From Eledone cirrhosa (Eukaryota): a DNA stretch of 64,000 bases. Below are positions 36,601-51,360 of the stretch, one piece after another (position 1 is the first letter of the stretch; every line of letters begins with the position of its first letter). The stretch spans positions 243,784,001-243,848,000 of the forward strand of contig OZ024743.1 in assembly GCA_964016885.1 (NCBI GenBank), given 5' to 3'. Below the pieces are notes generated by a model. It saw nothing but the letters and a program-made list of their open reading frames with translations, was not told the origin of the DNA and made no database searches. The position numbers were made by a program, and so were the translations under genes.

Positions 36601-39600
36601 CCTCCAGTATCAAGACCACTCTTCTGAAGACACAGCTGTGCTGGACAAGACCTCCACTATCAAGACACTCTTCTGAAGACACAGCTGTGCTGGACAAGAC
36701 CTCCAGTATCAAGACCACTCTTCTGAAGACACAGCTGTGCTGGACAAGACCTCCAGTATCAAGACCACTCTTCTGAAGACACAGCTGTGCTGGACAAGAC
36801 CTCCAGTATCAAGACCACTCTTCTGAAGACACAGCTGTGCTGGACAAGACCTCCAGTATCAAGACCACTCTTCTGAAGACACAGCTGTGCTGGACAAGAC
36901 CTCCACTATCAAGACCACTCTTCTGAAGACACAGCTGTGCTGGACAAGACCTCCAGTATCAAGACCACTCTTCTGAAGACACAGCTGTGTCCTCCAGTAT
37001 CAAGACCACTCTTCTGAAGACACAGCTGTGCTGGACAAGACCTCCAGTATCAAGACCACTCTTCTGAAGACACAGCTGTGCTGGACAAGACTCCAGTATC
37101 AAGACCACTCTTCTGAAGACACAGCTGTGCTGGACAAGACCTCCAGTATCAAGACCACTCTTCTGAAGACACAGCTGCGCTGGACAAGACCTCCAGTATC
37201 AAGACCACTCTTCTGAAGACACAGCTGTGCTGGACAAGACCTCCAGTATCAAGACCACTCTTCTGAAGACACAGCTGTGCTGGACAAGACCTCCAGTATC
37301 AAGACCACTCTTCTGAAGACACAGCTGTGCTGGACAAGACCTCCAGTATCAAGACCACTCTTCTGAAGACACAGCTGCGCTGGACAAGACCTCCAGTATC
37401 AAGACCACTCTTCTGAAGACACAGCTGTGCTGGACAAGACCTCCAGTATCAAGACCACTCTTCTGAAGACACAGCTGTGCTGGACAAGACCTCCAGTATC
37501 AAGACCACTCTTCTGAAGACACAGCTGTGCTGGACAAGACCTCCAGTATCAAGACCACTCTTCTGAAGACACAGCTGTGCTGGACAAGACCTCCAGTATC
37601 AAGACCACTCTTCTGAAGACACAGCTGTGCTGGACAAGACCTCCAGTATCAAGACCACTCTTCTGAAGACTCAGCTGTGCTGGACAAGACCTCCAGTATC
37701 AAGACCACTCTTCTGAAGACACAGCTGTGCTGGACAAGACCTCCAGTATCAAGACCACTCTTCTGAAGACACAGCTGCGCTGGACAAGCACCTCCAGTAT
37801 CAAGACCACTCTTCTGAAGACTCAGCTGTGCTGGACAAGACCTCCAGTATCAAGACCACTCTTCTGAAGACACAGCTGTGCTGGACAAGACCTCCAGTAT
37901 CAAGACCACTCTTCTGAAGACACAGCTGTGCTGGACAAGACCTCCAGTATCAAGACCACTCTTCTGAAGACACAGCTGCGCTGGACAAGACCTCCAGTAT
38001 CAAGACCACTCTTCTGAAGACACAGCTGTGCTGGACAAGACCTCCAGTATCAAGACCACTCTTCTGAAGACACAGCTGTGCTGGACAAGACCTCCAGTAT
38101 CAAGACCACTCTTCTGAAGACACAGCTGTGCTGGACAAGACCTCCAGTATCAAGACCACTCTTCTGAAGACACAGCTGTGCTGGACAAGACCTCCAGTAT
38201 CAAGACTACACATCTGAAGACACAGCTGTGCTGGACAAGACCTCCAGTATCAAGACCACTCTTCTGAAGACACAGCTGTGCTGGACAAGACCTCCAGTAT
38301 CAAGACCACTCTTCTGAAGACACAGCTGTGCTGGACAAGACCTCCAGTATCAAGACCACTCTTCTGAAGACACAGCTGTGCTGGACAAGACCTCCAGTAT
38401 CAAGACCACTCTTCTGAAGACACAGCTGTGCTGGACAAGACCTCCAGTATCAAGACTACACATCTGAAGACACAGCTGTGCTGGACAAGACCTCCAGTAT
38501 CAAGACTACACATCTGAAGACACAGCTGTGCTGGACAAGACCTCCAGTATCAAGACCACTCTTCTGAAGACACAGCTGTGCTGGACAAGACCTCCAGTAT
38601 CAAGACCACTCTTCTGAAGACACAGCTGTGCTGGACAAGACCTCCAGTATCAAGACCACTCTTCTGAAGACTCAGCTGTGCTGGACAAGACCTCCAGTAT
38701 CAAGACCACTCTTCTGAAGACACAGCTGTGCTGGACAAGACCTCCAGTATCAAGACCACTCTTCTGAAGACACAGCTGTGCTGGACAAGACCTCCAGTAT
38801 CAAGACCACTCTTCTGAAGACACAGCTGTGCTGGACAAGACCTCCAGTATCAAGACCACTCTTCTGAAGACACAGCTGTGCTGGACAAGACCTCCAGTAT
38901 CAAGACCACTCTTCTGAAGACTCAGCTGTGCTGGACAAGACCTCCAGTATCAAGACCACTCTTCTGAAGACACAGCTGTGCTGGACAAGACCTCCAGTAT
39001 CAAGACCACTCTTCTGAAGACACAGCTCCGCTGGACAAGACCTCCAGTATCAAGACCACTCTTCTGAAGACTCAGCTGTGCTGGACAAGACCTCCAGTAT
39101 CAAGACCACTCTTCTGAAGACACAGCTGTGCTGGACAAGACCTCCAGTATCAAGACCACTCATCTGAAGACACAGCTGTGCTGGACAAGACCTCCAGTAT
39201 CAAGACCACTCTTCTGAAGACACAGCTGTGCTGGACAAGACCTCCAGTATCAAGACCACTCTTCTGAAGACACAGCTGTGCTGGACAAGACCTCCAGTAT
39301 CAAGACCACTCTTCTGAAGACACAGCTGTGCTGGACAAGACCTCCAGTATCAAGACCACTCTTCTGAAGACACAGCTGTGCTGGACAAGACCTCCAGTAT
39401 CAAGACCACTCTTCTCAAGACACAGCTGTGCTGGACAAGACCTCCAGTATCAAGACTACACATCTGAAGACACAGCTGTGCTGGACAAGACCTCCAGTAT
39501 CAAGACCACTCTTCTGAAGACACAGCTGTGCTGGACAAGACCTCCAGTATCAAGACCACTCTTCTGAAGACTCAGCTGTGCTGGACCAAGACCTCCAGTA

Positions 39601-42600
39601 TCAAGACCACTCTTCTGAAGACACAGCTGTGCTGGACAAGACCTCCAGTATCAAGACCACTCTTCTGAAGACACAGCTGTGCTGGACAAGACCTCCAGTA
39701 TCAAGACCTACACATCTGAAGACACAGCTGTGCTGGACAAGACCTCCAGTATCAAGACCACTCTTCTGAAGACACAGCTGTGCTGGACAAGACCTCCAGT
39801 ATCAAGACCACTCTTCTGAAGACTCAGCTGTGCTGGACAAGACCTCCAGTATCAAGACCACTCTTCTGAAGACACAGCTGTGCTGGACAAGACCTCCAGT
39901 ATCAAGACCACTCTTCTGAAGACACAGCTCCGCTGGACAAGACCTCCAGTATCAAGACCACTCTTCTGAAGACTCAGCTGTGCTGGACAAGACCTCCAGT
40001 ATCAAGACCACTCTTCTGAAGACACAGCTGTGCTGGACAAGACTCCAGTATCAAGACCACTCTTCTGAAGACACAGCTGTGCTGGACAAGACCTCCAGTA
40101 TCAAGACCACTCTTCTGAAGACACAGCTGTGCTGGACAAGACCTCCAGTATCAAGACCACTCTTCTGAAGACACAGCTGTGCTGGACAAGACCTCCAGTA
40201 TCAAGACCACTCTTCTGAAGACACAGCTGTGCTGGACAAGACCTCCAGTATCAAGACCACTCTTCTGAAGACACAGCTGTGCTGGACAAGACCTCCAGTA
40301 TCAAGACCACTCTTCTGAAGACACAGCTGTGCTGGACAAGACCTCCAGTATCAAGACTACACATCTGAAGACACAGCTGTGCTGGACAAGACCTCCAGTA
40401 TCAAGACTACACATCTGAAGACACAGCTGTGCTGGACAAGACCTCCAGTATCAAGACCACTCTTCTGAAGACACAGCTGTGCTGGACAAGACCTCCAGTA
40501 TCAAGACCACTCTTCTGAAGACACAGCTGTGCTGGACAAGACCTCCAGTATCAAGACCACTCTCTGAAGACACAGCTCCGCTGGACAAGACCTCCAGTAT
40601 CAAGACCACTCTTCTGAAGACTCAGCTGTGCTGGACAAGACCTCCAGTATCAAGACCACTCTTCTGAAGACACAGCTGTGCTGGACAAGACCTCCAGTAT
40701 CAAGACCACTCTTCTGAAGACACAGCTGTGCTGGACAAGACCTCCAGTATCAAGACCACTCTTCTGAAGACACAGCTGTGCTGGACAAGACCTCCAGTAT
40801 CAAGACCACTCTTCTGAAGACACAGCTGTGCTGGACAAGACCTCCAGTATCAAGACCACTCTTCTGAAGACACAGCTGTGCTGGACAAGACCTCCAGTAT
40901 CAAGACCACTCTTCTGAAGACACAGCTGTGCTGGACAAGACCTCCAGTATCAAGACACTCTTCTCAAGACACAGCTGTGCTGGACAAGACCTCCAGTATC
41001 AAGACTACACATCTGAAGACACAGCTGTGCTGGACAAGACCTCCAGTATCAAGACCACTCTTCTGAAGACACAGCGTGTGCTGGACAAGACCTCAGTATC
41101 AAGACCACTCTTCTGAAGACTCAGCTGTGCTGGACAAGACCTCCAGTATCAAGACCACTCTTCTGAAGACACAGCTGTGCTGGACAAGACCTCCAGTATC
41201 AAGACCACTCTTCTGAAGACACAGCTGTGCTGGACAAGACCTCCAGTATCAGACTACACATCTGAAGACACAGCTGTGCTGGACAAGACCTCCAGTATCA
41301 AGACCACTCTTCTGAAGACACAGCTGTGCTGGACAAGACCTCCAGTATCAAGACCACTCTTCTGAAGACTCAGCTGTGCTGGACAAGACCTCCAGTATCA
41401 AGACCACTCTTCTGAAGACACAGCTGTGCTGGACAAGACCTCCAGTATCAAGACCACTCTTCTGAAGACACAGCTCCGCTGGACAAGACCTCCAGTATCA
41501 AGACCACTCTTCTGAAGACTCAGCTGTGCTGGACAAGACCTCCAGTATCAAGACCACTCTTCTGAAGACACAGCTGTGCTGGACAAGACCTCCAGTATCA
41601 AGACCACTCTTCTGAAGACACAGCTGTGCTGGACAAGACCTCCAGTATCAAGACCACTCTTCTGAAGACACAGCTGTGCTGGACAAGACCTCCAGTATCA
41701 AGACCACTCTTCTGAAGACACAGCTGTGCTGACAAGACCTCCAGTATCAAGACCACTCTTCTGAAGACACAGCTCGTGCTGGACAAGACCTCCAGTATCA
41801 AGACCACTCTTCTGAAGACACAGCTGTGCTGGACAAGACCTCCAGTATCAAGACCCACTCTTCTGAAGACACAGCTGTGCTGGACAAGACCTCCAGTATC
41901 AAGACTACACATCTGAAGACACAGCTGTGCTGGACAAGACCTCCAGTATCAAGACTACACATCTGAAGACACAGCTGTGCTGGACAAGACCTCCAGTATC
42001 AAGACCACTCTTCTGAAGACACAGCTGTGCTGGACAAGACCTCCAGTATCAAGACCACTCTTCTGAAGACACAGCTGTGCTGGACAAGACCTCCAGTATC
42101 AAGACCACTCTTCTGAAGACACAGCTCGTGCTGGACAAGACCTCCAGTATCAAGACCACTCTTCTGAAGACACAGCTGTGCTGGACAAGACCTCCAGTAT
42201 CAAGACCACTCTTCTGAAGACACAGCTGTGCTGGACAAGACCTCCAGTATCAAGACCACTCTTCTGAAGACACAGCTGTGCTGGACAAGACCTCCAGTAT
42301 CAAGACCACTCTTCTGAAGACACAGCTGTGCTGGACAAGACCTCCAGTATCAAGACCACTCTTCTGAAGACACAGCTGTGCTGGACAAGACCTCCAGTAT
42401 CAAGACCACTCTTCTGAAGACACAGCTGTGCTGGACAAGACCTCCAGTATCAAGACCACTCTTCTGAAGACACAGCTGTGCTGGACAAGACCTCCAGTAT
42501 CAAGACCACTCTTCTGAAGACACAGCTGCTGCTGGACAAGACCTCCAGTATCAAGACCACTCTTCTGAAGACTCAGCTGTGCTGGACAAGACCTCCAGTA

Positions 42601-45600
42601 TCAAGACCACTCTTCTGAAGACACAGCTGTGCTGGACAAGACCTCCAGTATCAAGACCACTCTTCTGAAGACACAGCTGTGCTGGACAAGACCTCAGTAT
42701 CAAGACTACACATCTGAAGACACAGCTGTGCTGGACAAGACCTCCAGTATCAAGACCACTCTTCTGAAGACACAGCTGTGCTGGACAAGACCTCCAGTAT
42801 CAAGACCACTCTTCTGAAGACTCAGCTGTGCTGGACAAGACCTCCAGTATCAAGACCACTCTTCTGAAGACACAGCTGTGCTGGACAAGACCTCCAGTAT
42901 CAAGACTACAGATCTGAAGACACAGCTGTGCTGGACAAGACCTCCAGTATCAAGACTACACATCTGAAGACACAGCTGTGCTGGACAAGACCTCCAGTAT
43001 CAAGACCACTCTTCTGAAGACACAGCTGTGCTGGACAAGACCTCCAGTATCAAGACTACACATCTGAAGACACAGCTGTGCTGGACAAGACTCCAGTATC
43101 AAGACTACTCTTCTGAAGACACAGCTGCGCTGGACAAGACCTCCAGTATCAAGACCTACTCTTCTGAAGACACAGCTGTGCTGGACAAGACCTCCAGTAT
43201 CAAGACCACTCTTCTGAAGACACAGCTGTGCTGGACAAGACCTCCAGTATCAAGACTACTCATCTGAAGACACAGCTGTGCTGGACAAGACCTCCAGTAT
43301 CAAGACCACTCTTCTGAAGACACAGCTGTGCTGGACAAGACCTCCAGTATCAAGACCACTCTTCTGAAGACACAGCTGTGCTGGACAAGACCTCCAGTAT
43401 CAAGACCACTCTTCTGAAGACACAGCTGTGCTGGACAAGACCTCCAGTATCAAGACCACTCTTCTGAAGACACAGCTGTGCTGGACAAGACCTCCAGTAT
43501 CAAGACCACTCTTCTGAAGACACAGCTGTGCTGGACAAGACCTCCAGTATCAAGACCACTCTTCTGAAGACACAGCTGTGCTGGACAAGACCTCCAGTAT
43601 CAAGACCACTCTTCTCAAGACACAGCTGTGCTGGACAAGACCTCCAGTATCAAGACTACACATCTGAAGACACAGCTGTGCTGACAAGACCTCCAGTATC
43701 AAGACCACTCTTCTGAAGACACAGCTGTGCTGGACAAGACCTCCAGTATCAAGACCACTCTTCTGAAGACTCAGCTGTGCTGGACAAGACCTCCAGTATC
43801 AAGACCACTCTTCTGAAGACACAGCTGTGCTGGACAAGACCTCCAGTATCAAGACACTCTTCTGAAGACACAGCTGTGCTGGACAAGACCTCCAGTATCA
43901 AGACTACACATCTGAAGACACAGCTGTGCTGGACAAGACCTCCAGTATCAAGACCACTCTCTGAAGACACAGCTGTGCTGGACAAGACCTCCAGTATCAA
44001 GACCACTCTTCTGAAGACTCAGCTGTGCTGGACAAGACCTCCAGTATCAAGACCACTCTTCTGAAGACACAGCTGTGCTGACAAGACCTCCAGTATCAAG
44101 ACCACTCTTCTGAAGACACAGCTCCGCTGGACAAGACCTCCAGTATCAAGACCACTCTTCTGAAGACTCAGCTGTGCTGGACAAGACCTCCAGTATCAAG
44201 ACCACTCTTCTGAAGACACAGCTGTGCTGGACAAGACCTCCAGTATCAAGACCACTCTTCTGAAGACACAGCTGTGCTGGACAAGACCTCCAGTATCAAG
44301 ACCACTCTTCTGAAGACACAGCTGTGCTGGACAAGACCTCCAGTATCAAGACCACTCTTCTGAAGACACAGCTGTGCTGGACAAGACCTCCAGTATCAAG
44401 ACCACTCTCTGAAGACACAGCTGTGCTGGACAAGACCTCCAGTATCAAGACCACTCTTCTGAAGACACAGCTGTGCTGACAAGACCTCCAGTATCAAGAC
44501 CACTCTTCTGAAGACACAGCTGTGCTGGACAAGACCTCCAGTATCAAGACTACACATCTGAAGACACAGCTGTGCTGGACAAGACCTCCAGTATCAAGAC
44601 TACACATCTGAAGACACAGCTGTGCTGGACAAGACCTCCAGTATCAAGACCACTCTTCTGAAGACACAGCTGTGCTGGACAAGACCTCCAGTATCAAGAC
44701 CACTCTTCTGAAGACACAGCTGTGCTGGACAAGACCTCCAGTATCAAGACCACTCTTCTGAAGACACAGCTCCGCTGGACAAGACCTCCAGTATCAAGAC
44801 CACTCTTCTGAAGACTCAGCTGTGCTGGACAAGACCTCCAGTATCAAGACCACTCTTCTGAAGACACAGCTGTGCTGGACAAGACCTCCAGTATCAAGAC
44901 CACTCTTCTGAAGACACAGCTGTGCTGGACAAGACCTCCAGTATCAAGACCACTCTTCTGAAGACACAGCTGTGCTGGACAAGACCTCCAGTATCAAGAC
45001 CACTCTTCTGAAGACACAGCTGTGCTGGACAAGACCTCCAGTATCAAGACCACTCTTCTGAAGACACAGCTGTGCTGGACAAGACCCTCCAGTATCAAGA
45101 CCACTCTTCTGAAGACACAGCTGTGCTGGACAAGACCTCCAGTATCAAGACCACTCTTCTGAAGACACAGCTCCGCTGGACAAGACCTCCAGTATCAAGA
45201 CCACTCTTCTGAAGACTCAGCTGTGCTGGACAAGACCTCCAGTATCAAGACCACTCTTCTGAAGACTCAGCTGTGCTGGACAAGACCTCCAGTATCAAGA
45301 CCACTCTTCTGAAGACACAGCTGTGCTGGACAAGACCTCCAGTATCAAGACTACACATCTGAAGACACAGCTGTGCTGGACAAGACCTCCAGTATCAAGA
45401 CCACTCTTCTGAAGACACAGCTGTGCTGGACAAGACCTCCAGTATCAAGACCACTCTTCTGAAGACTCAGCTGTGCTGGACAAGACCTCCAGTATCAAGA
45501 CCACTCTTCTGAAGACACAGCTGTGCTGGACAAGACCTCCAGTATCAAGACTACAGATCTGAAGACACAGCTGTGCTGGACAAGACCTCCAGTATCAAGA

Positions 45601-48600
45601 CTACACATCTGAAGACACAGCTGTGCTGGACAAGACCTCCAGTATCAAGACCACTCTTCTGAAGACACAGCTGTGCTGGACAAGACCTCCAGTATCAAGA
45701 CTACACATCTGAAGACACAGCTGTGCTGGACAAGACCTCCAGTATCAAGACTACTCTTCTGAAGACACAGCTGCGCTGGACAAGACCTCCAGTATCAAGA
45801 CTACTCTTCTGAAGACACAGCTGTGCTGGACAAGACCTCCAGTATCAAGACCACTCTTCTGAAGACACAGCTGTGCTGGACAAGACCTCCAGTATCAAGA
45901 CTACACATCTGAAGACACAGCTGTGCTGGACAAGACCTCCAGTATCAAGACCACTCTTCTGAAGACACAGCTGTGCTGGACAAGACCTCCAGTATCAAGA
46001 CTACACATCTGAAGACACAGCTGTGCTGGACAAGACCTCCAGTATCAAGACCACTCTTCTGAAGACACAGCTGTGCTGGACAAGACCTCCAGTATCAAGA
46101 CCACTCTTCTGAAGACTCAGCTGTGCTGGACAAGACCTCCAGTATCAAGACCACTCTTCTGAAGACACAGCTGTGCTGGACAAGACCTCCACTATCAAGA
46201 CCATTCTTCTGAAGACACAGCTGTGCTGGACAAGACCTCCAGTATCAAGACCACTCTTCTGAAGACACAGCTGCGCTGGACAAGACCTCCAGTATCAAGA
46301 CCACTCTTCTGAAGACACAGCTGTGCTGGACAAGACCTCCAGTATCAAGACCACTCTTCTGAAGACACAGCTGTGCTGGACAAGACCTCCACTATCAAGA
46401 CCATTCTTCTGAAGACACAGCTGTGCTGGACAAGACCTCCAGTATCAAGACCACTCTTCTGAAGACACAGCTGTGCTGGACAAGACCTCCACTATCAAGA
46501 CCATTCTTCTGAAGACACAGCTGTGCTGGACAAGACCTCCAGTATCAAGACCACTCTTCTGAAGACACAGCTGTGCTGGACAAGACCTCCAGTATCAAGA
46601 CCATTCTTCTGAAGACACAGCTGCGCTGGACAAGACCTCCAGTATCAAGACCACTCTTCTGAAGACACAGCTGTGCTGGACAAGACCTCCAGTATCAAGA
46701 CCACTCTTCTGAAGACACAGCTGTGCTGGACAAGACCTCCAGTATCAAGACCACTCTTCTGAAGACACAGCTGCGCTGGACAAGACCTCCAGTATCAAGA
46801 CCACTCTTCTGAAGACACAGCTGCGCTGGACAAGACCTCCAGTATCAAGACCACTCTTCTGAAGACACAGCTGTGCTGGACAAGACCTCCAGTATCAAGA
46901 CCACTCTTCTGAAGACACAGCTGTGCTGGACAAGACCTCCAGTATCAAGACTACACATCTGAAGACACAGCTGTGCTGGACAAGACCTCCACTATCAAGA
47001 CCACTCTTCTGAAGACACAGCTGTGCTGGACAAGACCTCCAGTATCAAGACCACTCTTCTGAAGACTCAGCTGTGCTGGACAAGACCTCCAGTATCAAGA
47101 CCACTCTTCTGAAGACACAGCTGTGCTGGACAAGACCTCCAGTATCAAGACTACACATCTGAAGACACAGCTGCGCTGGACAAGACCTCCAGTATCAAGG
47201 CCATTCTTCTGAAGACACAGCTGTGCTGGACAAGACCTCCAGTATCAAGACCACTCTTCTGAAGACACAGCTGTGCTGGACAAGACCTCCAGTATCAAGA
47301 CCACTCTTCTGAAGACACAGCTGTGCTGGACAAGACCTCCAGTATCAAGACCACTCTTCTGAAGACACAGCTGTGCTGGACAAGACCTCCAGTATCAAGA
47401 CCACTCTTCTGAAGACACAGCTGTGCTGGACAAGACCTCCAGTATCAAGACCACTCTTCTGAAGACACAGCTGTGCTGGACAAGACCTCCAGTATCAAGA
47501 CCACTCTTCTGAAGACACAGCTGTGCTGGACAAGACCTCCAGTATCAAGACCACTCTTCTGAAGACACAGCTGTGCTGGACAAGACCTCCAGTATCAAGA
47601 CCACTCTTCTGAAGACACAGCTGTGCTGGACAAGACCTCCAGTATCAAGACCACTCTTCTGAAGACACAGCTGTGCTGGACAAGACCTCCAGTATCAAGA
47701 CCACTCTTCTGAAGACACAGCTGCGCTGGACAAGACCTCCAGTATCAAGACCACTCTTCTGAAGACACAGCTGTGCTGGACAAGACCTCCACTATCAAGA
47801 CTACACATCTGAAGACACAGCTGTGCTGGACAAGACCTCCAGTATCAAGACCACTCTTCTGAAGACACAGCTGTGCTGGACAAGACCTCCAGTATCAAGA
47901 CCACTCTTCTGAAGACACAGCTGTGCTGGACAAGACCTCCAGTATCAAGACCACTCTTCTGAAGACAGCTGTGCTGGACAAGACCTCCAGTATCAAGACC
48001 ACTCTTCTGAAGACACAGCTGTGCTGGACAAGACCTCCAGTATCAAGGCCATTCTTCTGAAGACACAGCTGTGCTGGACAAGACCTCCAGTATCAAGACC
48101 ACTCTTCTGAAGACACAGCTGTGCTGGACAAGACCTCCAGTATCAAGACCACTCTTCTGAAGACACAGCTGTGCTGGACAAGACCTCCAGTATCAAGACC
48201 ACTCTTCTGAAGACACAGCTGTGCTGGACAAGACCTCCAGTATCAAGACCACTCTTCTGAAGACACAGCTGTGCTGGACAAGACCTCCAGTATCAAGACC
48301 ACTCTTCTGAAGACACAGCTGTGCTGGACAAGACCTCCAGTATCAAGACCACTCTTCTGAAGACACAGCTGTGCTGGACAAGACCTCCAGTATCAAGACT
48401 ACACATCTGAAGACACAGCTGCACTGGACAAGACCTCCAGTATCAAGACCACTCTTCTGAAGACACAGCTGTGCTGGACAAGACCTCCAGTATCAAGACC
48501 ACTCTTCTGAAGACTCAGCTGTGCTGGACAAGACCTCCACTATCAAGACCATTCTTCTGAAGACACAGCTGCGCTGGACAAGACCTCCAGTATCAAGACC

Positions 48601-50677
48601 ACTCTTCTGAAGACACAGCTGTGCTGGACAAGACCTCCACTATCAAGACCACTCTTCTGAAGACACAGCTGTGCTGGACAAGACCTCCAGTATCAAGACC
48701 ACTCTTCTGAAGACACAGCTGTGCTGGACAAGACCTCCAGTATCAAGACCACTCTTCTGAAGACACAGCTGTGCTGGACAAGACCTCCAGTATCAAGACC
48801 ACTCTTCTGAAGACTCAGCTGTGCTGGACAAGACCTCCACTATCAAGACCATTCTTCTGAAGACACAGCTGCGCTGGACAAGACCTCCAGTATCAAGACC
48901 ACTCTTCTGAAGACACAGCTGTGCTGGACAAGACCTCCACTATCAAGACCACTCTTCTGAAGACACAGCTGTGCTGGACAAGACCTCCAGTATCAAGACC
49001 ACTCTTCTGAAGACACAGCTGTGCTGGACAAGACCTCCACTATCAAGACCATTCTTCTGAAGACACAGCTGCGCTGGACAAGACCTCCAGTATCAAGACC
49101 ACTCTTCTGAAGACACAGCTGTGCTGGACAAGACCTCCACTATCAAGACCACTCTTCTGAAGACACAGCTGTGCTGGACAAGACCTCCAGTATCAAGACC
49201 ACTCTTCTGAAGACACAGCTGTGATGGACAAGACCTCCACTATCAAGACCATTCTTCTGAAGACACAGCTGTGCTGGACAAGACCTCCAGTATCAAGACC
49301 ACTCTTCTGAAGACACAGCTGTGCTGGACAAGACCTCCAGTATCAAGACCACTCTTCTGAAGACACAGCTGTGCTGGACAAGACCTCCAGTATCAAGACC
49401 ACTCTTCTGAAGACACAGCTGTGCTGGACAAGACCTCCAGTATCAAGACTACACATCTGAAGACACAGCTGTGCTGGACAAGACCTCCAGTATCAAGACC
49501 ACTCTTCTGAAGACACAGCTGTGCTGGACAAGACCTCCAGTATCAAGACTACACATCTGAAGACACAGCTGTGCTGGACAAGACCTCCACTATCAAGACC
49601 ATTCTTCTGAAGACACAGCTGTGCTGGACAAGACCTCCAGTATCAAGACCACTCTTCTGAAGACACAGCTGTGCTGGACAAGACCTCCAGTATCAAGGCC
49701 ATTCTTCTGAAGACACAGCTGTGCTGGACAAGACCTCCAGTATCAAGACCACTCTTCTGAAGACACAGCTGTGCTGGACAAGACCTCCAGTATCAAGACC
49801 ACTCTTCTGAAGACACAGCTGTGCTGGACAAGACCTCCAGTATCAAGACCATTCTTCTGAAGACACAGCTGCGCTGGACAAGACCTCCAGTATCAAGACC
49901 ACTCTTCTGAAGACACAGCTGTGCTGGACAAGACCTCCAGTATCAAGACCACTCTTCTGAAGACACAGCTGTGCTGGACAAGACCTCCAGTATCAAGACC
50001 ATTCTTCTGAAGACACAGCTGCGCTGGACAAGACCTCCAGTATCAAGACCACTCTTCTGAAGACACAGCTGTGCTGGACAAGACCTCCAGTATCAAGACC
50101 ACTCTTCTGAAGACTCAGCTGTGCTGGACAAGACCTCCACTATCAAGACCATTCTTCTGAAGACACAGCTGCGCTGGACAAGACCTCCAGTATCAAGACC
50201 ACTCTTCTGAAGACACAGCTGTGCTGGACAAGACCTCCAGTATCAAGACTACACATCTGAAGACACAGCTGTGCTGGACAAGACCTCCAGTATCAAGACC
50301 ACTCTTCTGAAGACACAGCTGTGCTGGACAAGACCTCCAGTATCAAGACTACACATCTGAAGACACAGCTGTGCTGGACAAGACCTCCAGTATCAAGACT
50401 ACACATCTGAAGACACAGCTGTGCTGGACAAGACCTCCAGTATCAAGACCACTCTTCTGAAGACACAGCTGCGCTGGACAAGACCTCCAGTATCAAGACC
50501 ACTCTTCTGAAGACTCAGCTGTGCTGGACAAGACCTCCAGTATCAAGACCACTCTTCTGAAGACACAGCTGTGCTGGACAAGACCTCCAGTATCAAGACC
50601 ACTCTTCTGAAGACACAGCTGTGCTGGACAAGACCTCCAGTATCAAGACCACTCTTCTGAAGACTCAGCTGTGCTGG
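24682..50677. repeat. 50-bp satellite array, ~520 units, ~26 kb
   Basis: Consensus CAAGACCTCCAGTATCAAGACCACTCTTCTGAAGACACAGCTGTGCTGGA, uninterrupted, with sharp borders. Confidence 0.99.
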
Positions 50678-50959
50678 GGGAGGTATGTCTCTAGAATGGC
50701 AGACTATTGCATGCTAAAGATCATATTCTACGATAAAATGTCTTCTGGCTGTCGAACGGTGGTGTACCCAGGAAGCGGTACAAAGACATTTTGAACAAAT
50801 AAAGAAACCTAAAGGAAACTATATTATATCCACTTGACCCTCTTAAATAAATATAAACTTACTAACTTAACAGATAATCTCACCAAAATAAACTACCCAG
50901 TGATTAAAACTAGAACGAACTGAAATCAAACCACCGTTATTATCTATTAACTAAAATTA

Positions 50960-51360
50960 GGGCGTTGGATTGGCAGTATCGGTAGAGTCGGACACCAAGC
51001 TTTGCAGCATAGAGTTATGGTCCTTTACGGTCTGAGTTCAAATCCCGCCGAGGTTAACTTTGCCTTTCATCCTTACGGGGTCGATAAAATAAAGTACCAG
51101 TAACGTACTGGGGTCGATTTAATTGACTTTCCCCTCCCCCCAAATTACTGACCTTGTGCCTATACTAGAAATCATTGAATTGGCAGTATCGGTAGAGTGT
51201 CGGACATGCCTTCCAGCATAGAGTTATGGTCCTTTACGGTCTGAGTTCAAATCCCGCCGAGGTTAACTTTGCCTTTCATCCTTACGGGGTCGATAAAATA
51301 AAGTACCAGTAATATACTGGAATAATTGCTGGCCTTGTGCCAAAAGTAGAAACAATTATA
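50960..51360 (+). mobile_element. Two tandem Meta-type SINEs (long subfamily, then short subfamily)
   Basis: 50960-51177 retains GGGGTCGATTTAATTGACTTTCCCC; 51178-51360 lacks that segment. Confidence 0.88.

Noticed and set aside
24682-50677. CRISPR array, or a giant TGA-readthrough/selenoprotein ORF
   Set aside because: There are no unique spacers or cas genes. One TGA per 150 nt on the plus strand is expected by chance for a 50-bp unit, indels break the cycle, and no SECIS was seen.
50678-50690. Splice-donor-like GAG|GTATGT right after the satellite
   Set aside because: A single short motif with no acceptor or transcript evidence; likely chance.
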